Part shown: piece by piece, positions 14,011 through 26,016 of the stretch
Position numbering within the stretch: the first letter of the stretch is position 1
How the letters are laid out: the number at the start of each line of letters is the position of its first letter
Source of the DNA: the human T2T-CHM13v2.0 reference genome, Homo sapiens
Reading direction: 5' to 3' (one strand)
NCBI RefSeq assembly: GCF_009914755.1
Contig: NC_060926.1
Length of the DNA stretch: 64,000 nt
Made by a program: the position numbers and the translations under genes
The notes under the pieces: model-generated
Database searches by the model: none
What the model saw: the letters and a program-made list of their open reading frames with translations, nothing else
What the model was told of the DNA's origin: nothing

Positions 14011-15700
14011 TTGGAACATACTTTAATGTTGTATACTGACCAGTTAATTAAAGGGAGCTGGCAATGTGAGCTGAACTCCTCAGTGAAGACTTCATTGAGG
14101 ATTTGGGGGCATGGGTTGGACTTTCAAAACTAGGTCAAAGTTAGATAGATGAAATAAAAGAGAAAGGTCATGCCTGAAGGGGAAGAAATATAAACAAGAG
14201 CCAAGAGATTAAGATAAAAATGACATGTCACTTTCACTTGCCTCACTTCACGGTTACTCCTGGGAGCTCTTTCCTAAGGGTGGTAAAGCTGACTCTCTGA
14301 ACAGAATCGTACATAAAGATGTATGATTATGTTATAGTAGTACCAGTTTTCCCTAAACAAGAGGCTCCATGTTCAGTGGGAAAATTTTGGAGGAGTTTGT
14401 TTAAATGTCTTACTTTAAGTACTATGAGTCATTACACTCTTTGTCAGTTCTTTCATCAAAGTTTCCATTTTAAGGATCACTGCACTACTCCATTCAGAAG
14501 TGTGTTTCTTATTTGTAGAGTGACATAAGAAAAATACATTGCCTATATGATCATTATTGTTTTGTGATGCCCTGCAAATATTTAAGCATCAGAATGCTAC
14601 TAATTGGTTCATATAATCAAAGCCTCCAGTTATTACCTCAGGGTCTGCTGTCGTACTAAAATAAATTTCGTAGTGAAACTTATGTTGCTCAATCATGTTA
14701 CAAATAATCATAATGATGGCTCTGTACTTAGTTTCTTACCTTCTGAATAATAGCATCACCTAGCACTTACACTATGTTTGGTTTTCCATTTTCAAAGTGC
14801 TTTGCAATGAGTGACTAGCTGAGCTCTTTTACCCATGAAATTTATTTCTTGATGACAGAAAGAACCACTACCTGGCATCTAGCTATGCCCACTATTGCTA
14901 CCATAGAGCAAAGAGAAAATCAGTGCTGTGGACTGAGTAAGAGGTTAGAGATAAGGATATTTGTGTCCTGTTTTTGACTTTGCACTTGACTTCTGCATAT
15001 CCTGGTTTCAGGCAGGCAATTGCTTACTGTAAATTTCACCATCTATACTAAAAAGATAGAATACACATGGAAAAGATGAGAAGCTCATCTCTACCACAAA
15101 CAGGATGCCCTGAATTTGTAGTAGGACTCTGTTTCCCAATAACATGATCAACAGAGGAATATACGGAGACTACCCCTTTGTGATGTGGGATTTTCTATTA
15201 AAAGAATACCTAAATTCTGAGATTATATGATGAATGAAGCCATTCTCACTATATTTACTTTCTATAGTTTCCCTCTCTTTATAAGTCAACACTTGCAGAA
15301 AAAAAAAAACCCACCAGGTTAGAGCCAGTTAGTAGTGTTGTGTAAACTATGTACTCTTTCTAGATGTCACGGTCATTGTGGCAAATTTCAATAAGTATAA
15401 ACAGGAATTAATGAGAATTTATAGTGAAATACATGATAAAATACCTGGTGATACAACTGAAAGTCTCCCTCATCTAATTTTTAGGAGTTTTTTTTTCCTG
15501 TTTTTAGTGCAAGTGGTAGATTAAATTACACACAGATATCTATTAATAAAGAAGAAATAAAGACAATGTAGAAGAATGATAGATGATGATTATAATAATA
15601 AAAATAATTCAGAGAAAGACAAATTTGTTTATCTGGATATCTGGTTTGATGTGCAGATTAAAATCTATTTAATTTCTTATGGCAGATGTTACTATAGTTA

Positions 15701-15775
15701 CTAGGTTGTTGCAAAAGTAATTGTGGTTTTACAATTTTAATGACAAAAATCGCAGTTACTTTCACATCAGCCTAA
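15701..15775. mobile_element. MADE1 (Hsmar1-derived MITE), palindromic
   Basis: taggttgttgcaaaagtaattgtggtttt...aaaaatcgcagttactttcacatcagcctaa matches the MADE1 terminal inverted repeats. A TA precedes the left end. Confidence 0.9.
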
Positions 15776-15998
15776 CAGAACTTTTGTCTTCAAGGGAATG
15801 CTTATATGTGAATCTCTCTGTCTCTATCTCTTATGCAGTAAAATCTCATACAGATATTTGGATTGGACATGTTCTACTGCAGAATCATAGATGACTAATA
15901 TTAAGCAGGGTAATGTTTACTTCATTTCCCATAAAAATGAACGTGATACTTTTTCTAAATTAGTGGAAGATGGTATAATCCTGATTTAAGGAATTCTT

Positions 15999-16129
15999 TT
16001 TTTTTATTTTTTATTTTTTTATTATTATACTTTAAGTTTTAGGGTACATGTGCACATTGTGCAGGTTAGTTACATACGTATACATGTGCCATACTGGTGT
16101 GCTGCACCCACCAACTCGTCATCTAGCAC
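15999..16129 (-). mobile_element. Very short young L1 (L1PA2-like) 3' tip with TSD
   Basis: The reverse complement reads GCTAGATGACGAGTT...AACCTGCACAATGTGCACATGTACCCTAAAACTTAAAGTATAAT plus an A tail. TSD ggaattctt at 15990-15998 and 16130-16138. Confidence 0.92.
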
Positions 16130-18164
16130 GGAATTCTTAAGAAAAATGTGGAATGATTTGTAGAACCAAAAAAGAAATCGTTCTGTGATTTCATGTTGGT
16201 GAGAAAACACGATCATATACACCCACAGAAGGTGGCTTCTGCCCTTTTACTCTCCTCATTCAACAGAGAGAGGTTATTCGTACTACAACAAGGGACACTG
16301 AATTCACACTGAAGTCCCAGCTGGGAGAATGATTTAAGGAGGGCCTGGAAGACCAGTTGGTGAAATTATTAGCTTTCCAGAGAGGTACCTCCATACCTTA
16401 GGTCTTGCTATATTTGCTTCTGCTCTGAGGTGGTAGATTATGTAAAACAGAATATTCCAATTACAGCTGAAAAATCTGGAAAGGGAGCCAAATGTTTTTA
16501 TTTATCTAAATAATTGATACATTTGTAACCGAGTGTATATGATTAATTTAGCCCCAAAGTAGCAAGAGTATTGAACTGGTATTTAGGCCAGACAAGGGAA
16601 AGAAAAGATCAGCTCCTTCCCTTATTCCCTTTGGTGGTTTTGTGGTTATTTAGGACATGGCTATTTTGCTCAAATCAATGATATTTCAGAGAATTATTAC
16701 TATTTCTTCCCCTCTATATTCTATCAAACATTTGGGTCCAATGTTAAGAAGAGTGCTAATCATCCCTCTTCTTGAAAATGAAAATGACAGGTTCGTTCTT
16801 CGTATCTTCTGCAATATTTGTAAAAACTAGGAAATTGTACCCACTTTACAATTCCAGAAAACAAAGATTATTGACATGCTCTTCCCCACAATTCAATGGT
16901 GGAAGTTGAAATTAGGCCATGGTTTCTGAATTTTTCTTATCACTATCTGATAATTTTCTTAAGAAGTATTAATAAAATACTACATAGTTGTGCTCATTTG
17001 TGTCAGAAGTGGTTTGATTTCATTGTACATAATAAAGAAAAAAACTCTGTTAGCAATGACAATAAATCCAGTACAACATAAGACAACTTCATTTGGTATA
17101 ATAATGCTTTTCATTCCAGCTTTTCTTGATTTTTCTTATTCTATAAATTTTGGCGGTACCTCTTTAAGCAGAAAGTCTTAAGCCCAAATAAATCGATGCA
17201 CGTTTATTAAGTAAAAGTGATTGATATGGCTATTCTTCCATAAAATTATTTCATAAGCATCAAGGTTATACTGCTGAAACTATTTTGAAAGCAAACAAAA
17301 CACATAAGTACATCAACTCAACCTTGTCATGGTCTTTCTCTGTACTTCAGCAGCTCCTAAATACTGGGTATTTCCTTCAATGGCTAAAGCCAGGTTTCAG
17401 TTTCACTTCAGTGGACCATGACCACCAATCAGTGCACCATCTTAACAATCACACTGAACTTGAACAGTTCAAGTTCATAAACAATGTGCCATAGGGGTGT
17501 GGCTGGGGTGATCATCAAACAGTTTAAGCACAGGAGTTTGATCTTGTGGCCCTGAAATAAATTGCTTCTAACACTCAACAAGCAACATTTAATATTTACT
17601 AAAACCCCAACATTCTTCCCAGAGGTTGCAAAGGACATTAACTCGGAGCCTGTTGTGGCCAAGGTCTAAGAAAGGCATACAACTTTAAAGGCAGAAGAAA
17701 TCAAACCTGATGATTTATAGTTAGGTGCTATTCTTGGACCATCTACATTCAAACTGGTAAGAAGGACATGCAGCAACAAAGTGGGATGAAAAAGAATGCA
17801 GCCTATATTTTAAGACCACCAATCTTGTGTTCATCAGTGCATTCATGAAAAAATGAGGAAAGAAAAGTAGCAATGTCATCTCCTTTAACTTAGTACAAAG
17901 TTTTCAATTAGAAAATGGAGTAAGTTTTGATCAAGTTTTTCTAAGCAACACACCCTAGTAGAGCCTTGATAATTGGGAATAGAAAGGACTCATAAAGAAT
18001 TTTAATTTTAAGTAAAAATCCACAATAACTATCATTTAACTATACTGAATTTATAAATATTTTACATGTTGGTCTGGAGATATATGTATCTATATCAAAA
18101 TTGTGGTAATGTAGGCAATTTTTATTTTCTTTTTTTCCTACTTTTTAGAGGGTTTATAATATAG

Positions 18165-18360
18165 ATTCAGAGAGATATAATTGAATCCCAGCCTTGCCCC
18201 TTAGTAGCTGTGTAACTTACGTAAAAAGTGAAATTATATATCAGTTTTCTCTTTTATAATATGTTAAATAATTATAATGGCTACCTCATAAGGTTGTTGT
18301 GAGAACTAATACAATAACATAACATTCCAGAATATACAAGTCTTTAAATACATGTTATTA
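18165..18360 (+). mobile_element. MIR
   Basis: ttgaatcccagccttgccccttagtagctgtgtaactt...ctacctcataaggttgttgtgagaact. Confidence 0.75.
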
Positions 18361-20245
18361 TTGCTATAGCTTTTATCATATTTTCTATAATAAGCATGCA
18401 TTCATTTTATAAAACAGAAACCCCGATAAGAATTATCATTATTATTAACCCCTTCAGAAAACCCATGTGAGCATTCATTTTTGCTTTTTCTTGTTTTCTT
18501 AATTGAAAATGTCAACGGTATTTGTTTCATAGTAACTTCTGTAATGAGCCATCAGTATGACAAATGCACAATCAATTCTTTGTCTTTTTCACTTAGGTGG
18601 TTTTTTAGTCACACTTTACATTGTTGTTATTCTGTATATACCTATTAATACTTAAAAATTAATCTATATTACATTAGAATACATTCTTTTAAGTATACAT
18701 AGCTCAAATCTTTACTAATTAGGCTAAAAAATGCCTAAATATAGTAGAAGAAAATGAAGATATATCCCATAATTTAAATACAATTTAGGAATAATTTCCA
18801 TTTGATCAGTTTTTCAGGTTTATATATAAAACTTTCCCACCAAACAGGCTGCTGCCATACGTGTTTAAACAAAATCACCATTTGGCTGAAGCTTGCTACA
18901 CAAGAAAAGCCCATTTCACAGTCTACTCACACCTGACTTCATGGCACTTCACCAAGGAAGGGAAAAACAGTTTAGACATTCACAATAAGAACCAACTTGA
19001 ACCTTATTTAACTTCCAAACCTTCTAAATTTCTTTAAGGCTCAAATAATTCCCACAAAGCCTTGCCTCACTTCCTCCCTGTGCTTACCACCTGCCCTCTG
19101 GGAAATCAAACCACCTACTTACTGGAAGAAACAAACACCACTTACATGTTCCCATACAATTTAGGGTTTCCCACATTTTAGGAAAACTTAAAGAGAGAAA
19201 TGAGATTTTCTCTTAAAAATAGCAACTCTACCAAAAATGCCTACATGAGATAAATTAGAGCATATATTTCATATTCATTTTCCATATTCTAAACTTTAAA
19301 TGTCTATAAGCAAAATAAAGCATGAGGTATAATGACACAGTTATGAAGCTGATTTTTTAATACATGGCTTGAGACATTGTATTTTATTTACCACTTACCA
19401 CTTTTAAGAAAAAATATATAGCTACTAACATATTAACAAAAGTCATGTTAATGAAAAGCCATTAAAATCTAATTGGAAGCTGATCATTCAGTGGCTATGT
19501 TTTACCTTCAGTGCTCTTTGGAAAAGAATGTTGAACAGATAGATACTCTCTAAACAGTAATGCTATACTTACACCTTTTTTTGTGGAGTACTTTCATTTT
19601 GTTTTATTCCCATAACTGCAGAATTCTATGCTTATTGCTAAATAAAGCAAATTTACACAGAGGTAGAATATATTTAAATATAAACCTTCAACAATTTTGA
19701 AGGAGGGAAATGGTGAAATAAATGATTATATCATATCCAAATACCTACGTTAAAAATGAGAGGATTAGGAGTGTTTAGGAAGTTTGGAATCAGTAGTTCA
19801 TCGTAATCCAAATCTCCATGCTTGCTCTCTGATCAGAAATGAAACTGACTGATGACAGGAGAAACTCCAGCAGAACGGCTATTTGGAAAGGAAATTCGCA
19901 TCTATATTGATGCAGGGCTTAACCTTAAAACTACAAGATCAACCATTGATGACTGCAGTGTTGTCTGCATAAGAATTGGTTTAGCCATGAAATTTATATT
20001 TGCCCTTGGAAATATTTTTGCCTTATATGGGTTCATTCCCAAAAGTTTCTGTGTAATTGGATCAATAGGCATAGTCATGTCTCAGAGGACATAATTACAG
20101 GAAACAAATGAAGTAGTCAAGCATTAATATGGTAGAGTAAATAAAGAAAAATAATAATGTAATCATTTTTTCTTCATTAGTATGTCTAACCTGAAAAATA
20201 AATGGATTTATGCATACCTAAATTAAAAACACACGTATATATCTT

Positions 20246-20557
20246 GGCTGGGTGCAGTGGCTCGCCCTGTAATCCCAGCACTTTGGGAGGCTGAGGCGGG
20301 TGGATCACCTGAGGTCAGAAGTTCGAGACCAGCTTGGCCAACATGGAGAAACCCCGTCTCTACTAAAAATAAAAAAATTATCTGGGTGTGCTGGTACACA
20401 TCTGTAATCCCAGCTACTTGTGAGGCTAAGGCATGAGAATCACTTGAACCTGGGAGGCAGAGGTTGCAGTAAGCCAAGATCCTATCACTGCACTACAGCC
20501 TGGGCAACAGAACAAGACTCTGTCTCAAAAACGAATGCACGAACAAACAAACAAAAA
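20246..20557 (+). mobile_element. AluS
   Basis: Full dimeric Alu with an (AAAC)-type tail. Residual TSD tatatatct on both sides. Confidence 0.93.
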
Positions 20558-20859
20558 CATATATATCTCATAGGTGACTCATAGTAAGTGAGTCATATAG
20601 ATAAGTGACAGCTATCAGTCACTTCTAACAGTACTTATATACATCCTTTCAGTGAAATTATAGAGGGTTACTAAATTTCCAAGTATTTTGTGGAACTAGC
20701 TGTAGAGATTTGTAACTCAAATGATCCAGGATTTCTCCAATTACACAGCTCTTTTATTTTACCTCAAATATTCAAGTTTAATATATGAAAACATAATAGT
20801 GACTGCTTCCTACAAGGTGTCATGTAGTGACTCTTTGCAAAAATATTGTTTCCATTTTT

Positions 20860-22900
20860 AAAATTCAACTTTTAATTCAACTATAATATATATATAGAAA
20901 TGCACATAAGTAATAAATATATTGCTGGATGAGTTTTTTCTTAATAAGGTAACTGCATCTATACAATCAAGACTCACACCAAGAAAAAAATCATTACCTG
21001 TGTCCAGGGGCACCAGTCGCTACCACCCTTCAGTGTCAATACTATCCTGGCTTCTAATACCATACATCATTTATGCCTGATTTTGAAATTTATATACTGT
21101 ATATAAATCATACTGTATGTACTTTTAGTGTTCTTGCTCTTTTTATTTGACATTGAATTTGTGAGATTCAATCATTTTTGTTGTTATATGGTGTCCCATT
21201 GTTTGAACATACTGTAATTTATTTATCCATTCTACTGCTGTATCTTTGGGTTGTTGCCCCTTTGCTTCTATTATGAATAGTGCCGCCATGAACATTCTTG
21301 ACATACATGTTGGTGCATATATCCATAGAGAGAAATTAGTTGACCATAGGTGATGCATATGTTCAGCACTAGTAGACATTTCCAAATTGCTGTCCAAAAG
21401 TGCTGTGCCAATTTATACTTCCAGAAGAGTATGAGAATTCTACTTGCTTTGCATCTTTATTAACCCGTCATGTTAGGGTTATTCTGGGGTGTGTGGTAGC
21501 AATCCATTTTAGTTGTAATTGACTAATGAGGTGAAGCACATTGTCGTGTTTGGTAGCATTTAATTTTTCTCTTTTGATCAGTGCCTAATCAGCAAGTTTT
21601 TCCATTTTTAACTGGGTTTCTACTTTCTTATTGACTTATAGAAGTTCTTTATGTATTCTGGATACAAATGCATTGTGAGATACACTTATGTCTATCTCTC
21701 TCTCTCTCTCCTAACCACTGTGTCTCTCTCTCTCTTTCTCAATCTGAAGTATTTTCCTACTCTTGGATTTGCCTTTTTACTCTTTTAATTTTTCCTATTG
21801 ATTAAAAATAAACCTTTAATTGTAATATAATTAGATTTAACAATTTTTAATTTATGGTTCATGCATTTGCTGTCCTGTTTACATTCTTCCATCTAAGGAG
21901 ATTTTTTTTTTAAACTTTTCACATTAGATCTACAAAATAGTTGGAATACTTCAGTATGAAGTAGGTGAAGACTCACTTTTTTCCATATGCACATCTAATT
22001 GATCCATCATCATTTCCTAAAAAATATAACCTTTTATGCCCTGCACTGCCATGCTACTTTTGTAATCAATGCTACTTATGTAAATCAATTCGCCATATAG
22101 GAGGTCTGTTTCTATACTTTCTGTTTTGTTTTATTGATTTTTTTTGTCTATCTTTTTCAGCAATACTAACTGTTTTAATTACTCTAGCTTGCAATGTATC
22201 TTTATAACTGGTAGTGAACATCCCCTAACATTGTACTCCTTCTTCTAGTTTGTCTTGAATATTCTTGGAATTTTCATATATATTTTTGAATTGACTTTTT
22301 ATGAAAACAAAAGCCTTCTGAAATTTTGATTGCAATTATATTAAATAAATAGATCAATTAGGGAAAACTGACATTTTTACAAAACTGAATCTAGTAGCAC
22401 TCCAATTCACGAAGATGGTATTTTCTATTATTATCTTTTAACCTTCAATTGTACTCAATAATGTTTTCTATGTTTCAATGTCGCATTTGTATATGCCTTT
22501 TAAGAAATTTATTCCTAGAATTTTTATGTTTTGAATGCTATTATACATAGTATCATTTTATACATTTAATTTTTAATTACTTGTTGCTAGTATGTATAAA
22601 TACAATTGATTTTGTATATTGAGTTTTTATGCAATGGCATTGATAAATTAACTTGGGAGTACTAATAAGTTCTTTTTTGCATTTTCCCCATTAACATGTG
22701 TGTCATATGTAGTTAATAAAAGCTTTATTTTTCCCTTTCTAATTTTTACATTAAAATTGTTTTTCTTGCCTTATTGTATTAGTCAGGATTTCTGATACAA
22801 TGCTGAATTGAAGTGATAATAATAGGTTCCTATATTTGTTTATAATCTCAGGGGAAGACTTTTCAGTCATTTACATTTCAATGTGATATTTGTTAAATGT
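20860..22900 (-). mobile_element. Old L1 (L1ME-like) 3' region, antisense, with an internal (CT)n at ~21691-21740
   Basis: ttgtgagattcaatcattttt, ttatgaatagtgccgccatgaacattcttg and aagttctttatgtattctggatac are antisense L1 3' phrases. Confidence 0.8.
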
Positions 22901-23658
22901 TTATTAAAGAGTCCCATTTTTAACATAAACTTACCTTGTATAAACTACACTGAAATTATATACTTTAGTAATCTTCCCTTCTCTTTGCTTCATCTCTATG
23001 AGCCAACACTCAGCATTGGTTCTTTAACATTTGTCTCTATAATGCAGATCTTTGACAAAGTAAAATAATATTTTAATAGGGAAGCCTGTTGTAGAAATTA
23101 GTTACTTACAGTAGAGAAAGAGAAATTCTCAACTTAGCTGATGATTATTCATCTCAAAAAAATATAAAGACTCAAACACACACAAACACACTCTTGCCAT
23201 CATCACCATTATTTGTTCGTTAAAAGCTTTTGTTGTGGAAAATTTTGAATAAACCTAAAGAAATGAGTATAATGAATACATTTTATTCATTTTATTCATA
23301 ATTAATGTCAGTAACTAATCTTATTTCACCTATATGTACCAATAAGTTGTCTTCAAGCAAATCTCAGACTGCATTTTGAAATCTAAAATCTAAACTTCAG
23401 TATATGTCACTCAGAAATTAGGGCTTCAAAAATAATCACAGTAGCATCTTCACACTCTAAAAATGTTACATTATTAATGTCATCTAATATACAATCAGTA
23501 TTTAATTTTCCCTAAATGCTATGAGTAGGTTTTTTGACTGACTTGTTTGAATCATGATAAAAAATTGCATTTGGTTTATTTATTTCTTAAGTTTGTTTTA
23601 ATTATTTCTTAATTCTTAAGTTTGTTTTAATTGTTTCTTAATTTGTTTTACATTTGTT

Positions 23659-26016
23659 TAGGAGAGAGTCAAACTATCCTTGTTTGCAGATGACATGATC
23701 CTATATCTAGAAAATCCCGTCTCAGCCCCAAAGCTTCCTAAGCTGACAAACAACTTCAGCAAAGTCTCAGGATACAAAATCAATGTGCAAAAATTACTAG
23801 CATTCCTGTACACCCAGAATTAAGCTGATAGCTCAATGAGGAAGAAACTCCCATTCCTAACTGACAGAAAAAAGAATAAAATGCTTAGGAGTACAGGTAA
23901 ATAGGAAGGTAAAAAATCTCTAGAAGGAGAACTACAAACGACTGCTCAAAGAAATCAGAGATGACACAATCATATAGAAAAACATTTCATGCTCATTGAT
24001 AGGAAGAATCGATATTGTTAAAATGGCCATACCACCCACAGCAATTTATAGATTGAATGCTATTCCTATTAAACTACAATTGGCATTCTTCACAGAACTA
24101 GAAAAAACTATTTTAAAATTTGTATGAAACCAAAAAAGAGCCTGAATAGCCAACACAATCCTAAGCAAAAAGAGCAAACCTGGAGGCATCACACTACCCA
24201 GCTTCAAACTATACTACAGGGCTACAGTAACCAAAACAGCATGGTACTGGTACAAAAACAGACACATAGACAAATGGAACAGAATAGAGAACCCAGAAAT
24301 GAGACCACACACTTACTATTATTTGATCTTTGACAAAGCTGACAAAAACAAGCAATGGGAAAAGGATTCCCTATTCAATAAATGGTGCAGGGCTAACTGG
24401 CTAGCCATATGCAGAAGACTGAAACTGGACCCCTTCCTTACAAGATACATAAAAATTAACTTGGGATGAATTAAGTACTTAAATGTAAAACCAAAACTAT
24501 AAAAACCATGGAAGACAACATAGGAAATACCATTCAGGACATAGGCACGGGCAAAGATTTCATAAGAAAGACACTGAAAGCAATTGCAACAAAAGCAAAA
24601 ATTGACAAATGGGATCTAATTAAACTAAAGAGCTTCTGCACAGCAAAATAAACTATCAACAGAGTGAACAGATAACCTACAGAATGGGAAAAAATTTTTG
24701 CAAAATATGCATCTGACAAAGATCTAATATCCAGAATTTATGAGGAACTTAAACAAATTTACAAGAAGAAAACAAACAACCCTATAAAAAAAGTAAGCAA
24801 AGGACATGAATAGGCACTTTTCAAAAGAAGACAAACATGCAGTCAACAATCAGATGAAAAAAAAGCTCAATATCACTGATTGTCTTAGTCCCTTCTCATG
24901 CTGCTATATGCTGCTATAAGGATATATACAAGACCGGGTAATTTATAAAGGAAAGAGTTTTAATTGACTCACAGTTCTGCAGGGCTTGGGAGGCCTCAGG
25001 AGACTTATAATCCTGGTGGAAGGGGAAACAACACGTCCTTCTTCACATGGCAGCAGTAAGGGGAAGTGCTGAGCAAAAGAGGGAAAAGCCTCTTATAAAA
25101 CCATCAGATCTCATGAGAACTCACTACTATCATGAGAATAGCATGGAGGTAAACTCCCCATGATACAATTACCTCTCACCAGGTTCCTCCCAGGACATGT
25201 GGTGATTATGGGAACTATAATTCAAGATGAGATGTGAGTGGGGACACAGCCAAATCATATTACTGATCATAAGAGAAATGCAAATCAAAACCACAATGAG
25301 ATAATATCTCACACTAGTCAGAATAGCTATTACTAAAAAGTTAAGAAAAAAGCAACAGATAGTGGAAAGGTCGTGGATAAAATGAAACACGTCTACACTG
25401 TTGGGAGTGTAAACTAGTCCAACCATTGTGAAAGACAGTGTGACAATTCCTCAAAGTCTTAAAGACAGAAATACCATTCAACCCAGCAATCCCATTACTG
25501 GGTATATACCCAAAGAAATAGGGATCATTCTATTATAAAAACAAATGCATGCATCTGTTCATTGCAGTACTATTCACAATAGCAAATACATGGAATCTAC
25601 CTAAATGCCCATCAACAGTAGACTGGATAAAGAAAATGCACCACATATACACCATGGGACACTATGCAGCCATAAAAACAGAATGAGATTATGTCCTTTG
25701 TGGGGACATGGATGGAGCTGAAGGCCATTATTCTTAGCAAACTAACACAGGAATAGAAAATCAAATACGGTATGCTCTCACTTATAAGTGGGAGCTAAAT
25801 CATGGGAACACATAAACACATAGAGGGTAACACACATGGGGGCCTTATGGAGGATGGAGGGTGGGAGGAGAGAGATGATTAGGAAAAAGAAATAATGGGT
25901 ACTAGGCTTAATACCTAGGTGAGGAAATAATCTGTACAACAAACCCCCTTAACACAAGTTTACCTATGTAACAAACCTGCACATGTACCACTGAACTTAA
26001 AATAAAAGTTAAAAAA
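23659..26016 (+). mobile_element. 5'-truncated L1PA (~L1PA10-15), RT to 3' end, containing a THE1 LTR
   Basis: tgtttgcagatgacatgatc (FADD motif) through ctgaacttaaaataaaagttaaaaaa. Confidence 0.92.
24881..25262 (-). mobile_element. THE1D-like MaLR solo LTR
   Basis: tgtcttagtcc...gggacacagccaaatcatatta, with 5-bp TSD ctgat at 24876-24880 and 25263-25267. Confidence 0.92.

Noticed and set aside
19852-20094. 80-aa ATG-initiated ORF in unique DNA
   Set aside because: No recognisable homology, promoter context or processed-pseudogene hallmarks; the length is compatible with chance.
23575-23655. Short repeated units that might suggest a CRISPR-like array
   Set aside because: Eukaryotic DNA with degenerate AT-rich tandem copies and no regular unique spacers or cas genes.
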